DNA of 58,737 nucleotides from a virus. The DNA is taken from the IMG/VR virus record IMGVR_UViG_3300000968_000001, positions 1 through 58,737 of that record. One strand, given 5' to 3'. Below the pieces are notes generated by a model. The model searched no databases. It was not told the origin of the DNA and saw only the letters and a program-made list of their open reading frames with translations. Numbering within the stretch: position 1 is the stretch's first letter; every line of letters starts with the position of its first letter. Both the position numbers and the translations under genes were made by a program. Below, in pieces: positions 54,769-58,737 of this stretch.

Positions 54769-55188
54769 ATGCGAATGTCAAAATCACAACTACAGAAACT
54801 TGGCTTTAATCCAGATGATGAGGGAGGAGTTTGGAGCAAAAACAGTGTTCCAAATGACAATCCCAAACCATCGGCTTCCGAGCATAAACCAGATGAACGC
54901 GGTTCAGAAGTGGCAGAGGAAGAAGATAAAGGATGGGGAAAAGGAAGCGTTCGCTACAGCCTTATCATCCACAGCTACAGGACAAATGCCATCGACTACT
55001 CAAACTTCTCAGTGAAGCAAATAGAGGATATGCTATCTGCACCACAGGGACGAAAGGATTATGGAATAGGCGTCTTTCCAGACGATTCTCCAGAGTATTG
55101 TGACCAACCGATTCACTTATTCACAAAGGTGAAGAAAGGCGAAGAAAAAACAGAAATAGAAGTGCTAAAATACAAAATAAAACAATGA
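54769..55188 (+). CDS. RusA-like Holliday-junction resolvase candidate
   Basis: ...AIDYSNFSVKQIEDML...GVFPDDSPEY...TEIEV fits the D..N..K...D....DD RusA pattern. Confidence 0.35.
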   Translation: MRMSKSQLQKLGFNPDDEGGVWSKNSVPNDNPKPSASEHKPDERGSEVAEEEDKGWGKGSVRYSLIIHSYRTNAIDYSNFSVKQIEDMLSAPQGRKDYGIGVFPDDSPEYCDQPIHLFTKVKKGEEKTEIEVLKYKIKQ

Positions 55189-55385
55189 ATATACTATCAG
55201 AAAACTACAGGAGATACCGAAAGGTTAAGAGAGCATGGAGCTTATTATGGCGAGTGAGAAAGGCTAAAGCTAAGATTCAAGCTGAGATAAGAGAGTTAGA
55301 GCAACAGGAGAAAATGCTGAATGAGTTTATATCGAGTAATAATGACTTAAAGATCATTCCTCCAACGGAAAACCTTAATAGGTAA
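55185..55385 (+). CDS. Hypothetical protein (66 aa)
   Basis: ATGA-coupled. Confidence 0.5.
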   Translation: MNILSENYRRYRKVKRAWSLLWRVRKAKAKIQAEIRELEQQEKMLNEFISSNNDLKIIPPTENLNR

Positions 55386-55406
55386 TGTAGCCACAATCAG
55401 TTTAAT
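55386..55406 (+). promoter_or_regulatory. Conserved 21-mer, copy 4
   Basis: Exact TGTAGCCACAATCAGTTTAAT starting right after the stop of 55185..55385, 21 nt before the ATG at 55428. Confidence 0.7.
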
Positions 55407-55427
55407 ATTTGCTAAAAAAGTAACACG

Positions 55428-55814
55428 ATGAGAACGATAAACCCATTAGGGAAAGCTATATCTCACTTAGATAGAGAGATAATAGCTCAAGAAACAAGTT
55501 TCGATAGGCATTTAAGGGCTGAAAAATTAAAAGATTTGAAGTCAGGATATGTCGAAATGCGAGGAAATAAGAATAAATACAGTGTTATCTTCATGACTCA
55601 TTGGGATGCCATGAAGTTCAACAAGGAGCGTAGAGAATCCTTTATTGAAGATCATGACATGGGGGCTGATTGTGAATTATGGGAGTGGAAGATGATTATT
55701 CCACATCCAGAAAAAGAAGCTTTCCTTAAAAGAACTCCTAATATGCAGAAGCAACTGGAATGGATGGAGAAAATAAGAAGGAGAATTCCAAAGCAATTAA
55801 TACCAAAGAAATAA
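55428..55814 (+). CDS. Hypothetical protein (128 aa)
   Basis: ATG ORF. Confidence 0.5.
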   Translation: MRTINPLGKAISHLDREIIAQETSFDRHLRAEKLKDLKSGYVEMRGNKNKYSVIFMTHWDAMKFNKERRESFIEDHDMGADCELWEWKMIIPHPEKEAFLKRTPNMQKQLEWMEKIRRRIPKQLIPKK

Positions 55815-55843
55815 CAGCTACTATCTCTTAATTATTAAATAAT

Positions 55844-56490
55844 ATGAAAGCGTTTATAGATGAGAAGTTCTGGACTGATCCAGAGATTGAAGAATTAGAC
55901 CCAAAAGCAAAGTTGGCTTTCGTTTGGTGCCTCACGAATCCATCAAGAGATTTGTGCGGATTTACGCAAGTTAGTCACAGAAGGTTTATTTTTGAAACGG
56001 GATTAGAAGTTGAGGATTTGCAAAGGGCTATCAAAGCCCTCCCTAAGGGGTTGGTAAGCCCTTGCAAAGGGGTTGTATGGTGCCGTAATTTTGTAGGTTA
56101 TCAATTCGGCAGAGGTGAGGGTTTACAAAGGAATAATATGAGTAAAGGGGTTGCTAAGCACTTACTGAATCTCTCTGAAGACCTTTCTTCTCTCTTCTTA
56201 GAAGAATACGAAGAATTACAAGCCCTTACTAAGCCCTCCCTAAGGGGTAAGAGTAAGAGTAAGAGTAAGAGTAAGAGTAAGAGTAAGAGTAAATCGAGAA
56301 AGCTCTACTCAAAACCAGTAAAGAGGAAATTCTTGAGGGAATTCAGAAATACATCGATAACAAACCAGAGGATGTTTCCTACGCTTACCCTGCAACATGG
56401 ATGAACGCAGAGAGGTGGAATGATGAATATGAAGCGAAGGAGGCGCAAAACCCTAAAGCTAACCACGTCCCAGAACACAAAGACTTTTAA
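55844..56490 (+). CDS. Replisome-organiser/helicase-loader-like protein. Frame 0 ends at 56404, but the probable true C-terminus (56293..56490) lies in the -1 frame
   Basis: N-terminus FWTDPEIEELDPKAKLAFVWCLTN, then a (KS)8 linker. The -1 frame reads IEKALLKTSKEEILEGIQKYIDNKPEDVSYAYPATWMNAERWNDEYEAKEAQN...KDF* and stops 2 nt before dnaB. The frame-0 tail is basic and low-complexity. Confidence 0.55.
56249..56290 (+). repeat. Hexanucleotide microsatellite (AAGAGT)x7 encoding (KS)n
   Basis: Seven perfect tandem units read directly from the sequence. Confidence 0.95.
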
Positions 56491-56492
56491 TC

Positions 56493-57860
56493 ATGATGGA
56501 AACACCAGAAGCATTAAAGCGATCATTGCCGCACGCTATTGACTGCGAAAAGAAAGTCCTATCATCTCTGATTTATGACTCATTGAAATATTTCGATTTA
56601 GGGAATGAGCTAGGACTAACTGCCGAGTCTTTCTATAAAAAATCTCATGCTCAGATTTATGAGATCATCGAGTCGGAGACGAAAAAAGGAATCGAGATTG
56701 ATATGACAATTCTATTTCTGAGATTAGATGAGAAGGGAATTTTAGAGAATGTCGGAGGTAGGGGAGAGGTTGCGGATATCGCTTGCGCCGAGCCACTGCA
56801 TTCAAACTTTAGCGATTACGTGAAGATTATCACAGAGAAGCATATGATGCGGAAAGCTATCGTTTACGGACACGAGGTAATAGAACAGGCTCACAAAACT
56901 GAAGACTCAGAATCGCTTTTATCTCTACTGAACAAGAGTAGTGATGACTTTGAGACAGCTAACCCAGAGAGTAACAACCATTTGACCGCCAAAGAGGTTT
57001 TAGCGAAGACGGCAGACATGATGGAAGAGAGGTCTAAATCAGAGTCTAAAGCAGTCCTAAGCACGCCTTGGAGTGGATTTAACAGGGCTACAGGTGGCGG
57101 ATTGACTAGAGGAGAGCTTCACTTCTTTTGCGGTAGACCTTCATCGGGAAAATCTCTTGTTGCGGGAAATTTACTCAATGAGTGGGGAAGCAAAGGCGAA
57201 CCTTGCGCCATCCATAGCTTTGAGACTTCAGAGGAGGGTTATATGATGCGCCTAATCGCTTGCCGAAACAAAATCCCTATCGGAGCGATAATTAGAGGAA
57301 AGCTAATCACAGATCAGGTAGCTAAATTAAAAAAAGACAGTAAGAAAATAGAAAATATGCCAATCCATTTCAAGCGATATGCACAGGCAAATCGTATCAA
57401 TGTCGCTCGATCTATTAGGAAACTTTGTGCTCAAGGCGTTATGACACACGTTATTGATTACCTCCAGAAGTGCGATCCCGCCAACATTGACGAAGCCAGA
57501 AGTGACAAACTAAGGATTGACGCTTTTCTGCGCGAAATCGATCAAGTGAGACGCGCTACAGGATGCACAATCATCATGCTAGCTCAAACAAGTAGAGACA
57601 TGGACACTGCGACCTTAAGCCAGTTGAGGCTCTCTATGATTGCCGACACATCTACCGCTGAAAAAGATGCAGACTCGATTTGGTTTATTCTCAAAGGGTG
57701 GGATAATTCTAACGCGAAGCCAGAGGATGACGAAGTAACAGACGGATTAAAGGAGCGTGCTCTGTATTGCTTAAAAGGGCGAGATAGTGGCACAGAGCAA
57801 CGAGTAAAACTTAATATGGCGGGTGCGTACTCGCAACTGCTAACCCCAGAATATACATAA
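56493..57860 (+). CDS. dnaB: DnaB-family replicative helicase
   Basis: N-terminus LPHAIDCEKKVLSSLI, Walker A GRPSSGKS, Walker B-like THVIDYLQ, 455 aa. Confidence 0.85.
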   Translation: MMETPEALKRSLPHAIDCEKKVLSSLIYDSLKYFDLGNELGLTAESFYKKSHAQIYEIIESETKKGIEIDMTILFLRLDEKGILENVGGRGEVADIACAEPLHSNFSDYVKIITEKHMMRKAIVYGHEVIEQAHKTEDSESLLSLLNKSSDDFETANPESNNHLTAKEVLAKTADMMEERSKSESKAVLSTPWSGFNRATGGGLTRGELHFFCGRPSSGKSLVAGNLLNEWGSKGEPCAIHSFETSEEGYMMRLIACRNKIPIGAIIRGKLITDQVAKLKKDSKKIENMPIHFKRYAQANRINVARSIRKLCAQGVMTHVIDYLQKCDPANIDEARSDKLRIDAFLREIDQVRRATGCTIIMLAQTSRDMDTATLSQLRLSMIADTSTAEKDADSIWFILKGWDNSNAKPEDDEVTDGLKERALYCLKGRDSGTEQRVKLNMAGAYSQLLTPEYT

Positions 57861-58261
57861 TGAAATTCAAAAACCGAAAACAAAAACACAGAAAGCTTAA
57901 AGCTAGAATAATCATCAAGGAAACCATGTGCGGATTTGTAAAGCTGAGTTACAGTTTCCCGAAGTCCTGCCTAGGAGATAAATCTATGGTCTATCTTTTT
58001 CAGAAAGCATGGATAACGATTAATGAAGACGTAATGCCTCTGCAAACACGAATGAGGATTAATGATGACCGCATCAAACAGAAATGCGAAATCCTGTTCA
58101 CCCGCCCCGCCGATCCTAAGGCAAATCTCGTCATGGGAATTGATTACGAGGTTCCCAATCGCGTGAATAAGCCTACGCCATACGAGGCGATTAAATACAT
58201 TTCCCTGCCGACCTTGGCTGAGAGGTTGGATGAGTATATCCTGCACAAGCATAACCTGTAG
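57860..58261 (+). CDS. Hypothetical protein (133 aa)
   Basis: TAATG overlap with dnaB; last plus-strand gene before the convergent terminator. Confidence 0.5.
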   Translation: MKFKNRKQKHRKLKARIIIKETMCGFVKLSYSFPKSCLGDKSMVYLFQKAWITINEDVMPLQTRMRINDDRIKQKCEILFTRPADPKANLVMGIDYEVPNRVNKPTPYEAIKYISLPTLAERLDEYILHKHNL

Positions 58262-58264
58262 GCA

Positions 58265-58297
58265 CAAAAAAGGCGCGTTCAATTAAGAACGCGCCTT
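58265..58297 (-). terminator. Rho-independent terminator (11-bp perfect stem), best oriented for the minus-strand operon
   Basis: aaggcgcgttc-aattaa-gaacgcgcctt. On the minus strand it is followed by TTTTTTG. Confidence 0.7.
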
Positions 58298-58320
58298 GTG
58301 GCTATGACTAAATTTATTTT

Positions 58321-58533
58321 TCAGCAAAAACCTTCGCTTGATAACTCTCTATTATATTCTGAAATAATATTTAAAGCTTCATTCACAGGGTTATCAGTTT
58401 GTAAAAGCCCCGAATTAACAAGACTTTTAAAAAGGCAGAGTTCCTTCATTATTGGCTCTCTTATTTCGTGCTTTTCGATACTTATCTTATCAATGTCCTC
58501 TTGGACTGATTTTATATATTCTTCTACATTCAT
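58321..58533 (-). CDS. Hypothetical protein (70 aa)
   Basis: The minus ORF is E/K-rich and protein-like; the overlapping plus ORF 58298..58546 is S/F/L-rich (shadow). Confidence 0.5.
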   Translation of the reverse strand: MNVEEYIKSVQEDIDKISIEKHEIREPIMKELCLFKSLVNSGLLQTDNPVNEALNIISEYNRELSSEGFC

Positions 58534-58535
58534 AA

Positions 58536-58721
58536 TTAATACTTAGTGATTTTACAAGGAACGCCGTCTGGATGATACCAGATTTCCCAGAGCCCTATTA
58601 CTTGCGATTCTTTTGTGTGTATAATCGCGTTAAAGCTCCCATTTAGTATGATTACGCTCAGATTAAGTAAGAGCGTAATACAGGCGATTTTAAGCGTAGT
58701 TTTGTTCAGTAGTGTTTTCAT
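58536..58721 (-). CDS. Small secreted/membrane protein (61 aa)
   Basis: N-terminal hydrophobic segment LKIACITLLLNLSVIIL. The start lies inside the terminal repeat, so the gene spans the circular junction. Confidence 0.5.
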   Translation of the reverse strand: MKTLLNKTTLKIACITLLLNLSVIILNGSFNAIIHTKESQVIGLWEIWYHPDGVPCKITKY

Positions 58722-58737
58722 TGTTTTAAGCGTTTGG
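58689..58737. repeat. Terminal direct repeat copy 2
   Basis: Identical to bases 1..49. Confidence 0.9.

Noticed and set aside
54755-55015. 86-aa ORF overlapping 54769..55188 in another frame
   Set aside because: The longer frame carries the RusA-like motif block and is ATGA-coupled to the next gene. The shorter one is Q/T/M-rich with no motif.
56249-56290. (AAGAGT)7 microsatellite as the direct cause of the frame change, or as a CRISPR-like array
   Set aside because: The unit length is 6 nt, so copy-number change preserves the frame. The frame break lies in the AAA just after the last unit. There are no spacers and the repeat is inside a CDS, so it is not a CRISPR array.

Overview
The window appears to be one complete, circularly closed genome of about 58.69 kb from a temperate tailed bacteriophage. 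Bases 1-49 are identical to bases 58689-58737. The modules run as follows. (i) 58.3 kb wrapping round to 5.4 kb holds early and accessory genes on both strands: small minus-strand genes with duplicated leader hairpins, an RHH regulator, a frame-disrupted Bro-N antirepressor and a free-standing HNH. (ii) 5.4-13.0 kb is packaging and head: TerL, an Erv1/ALR-like sulfhydryl oxidase, portal and scaffold. (iii) 13.0-14.6 kb is a roughly 0.7 kb non-coding structured region followed by tRNA-Met, a truncated tRNA-Cys 5' half, an HNH endonuclease and a full tRNA-Cys(GCA). (iv) 14.7-41.1 kb is the virion module: an MCP-like gene with its own promoter and terminator, two fibres sharing an N-terminal domain, a SASA esterase, a lysis cassette, several very cysteine-rich structural proteins, a GH108-like protein, a 1787-aa internal protein and a metallophosphoesterase. 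(v) 41.1-43.8 kb is a minus-strand block of small genes with MazG and a truncated or fused DPPY methyltransferase. (vi) 45.6-50.9 kb is the lysogeny module: tyrosine integrase, an attP-like tRNA 3' fragment, a lipoprotein moron, divergent RHH/Cro-like regulators with repeated palindromic operators and two ParB-like proteins. (vii) 51-58.3 kb is replication and recombination: Erf, an SSB-like protein with an IPF tail, a RusA-like protein, a replisome-organiser-like gene with a frame break, and a DnaB helicase. Most genes lack Shine-Dalgarno sequences. No tape-measure or sheath gene is recognisable, so the phage is probably short-tailed (low confidence). The most interesting hypothesis is a phage-borne oxidative-folding logic: an Erv1/ALR thiol oxidase in the late operon, virion proteins with 3-4.5% cysteine, and a phage tRNA-Cys just upstream of the capsid gene. 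Other notable points are an HNH cassette nested in a duplicated tRNA-Cys, two families of exact long intergenic repeats (a 21/22-mer in 4 copies and a 24-mer in 2), two genes that need a -1 frame change at A-runs, and a candidate sRNA. All protein assignments rest on motif recognition by eye. No database search was run.
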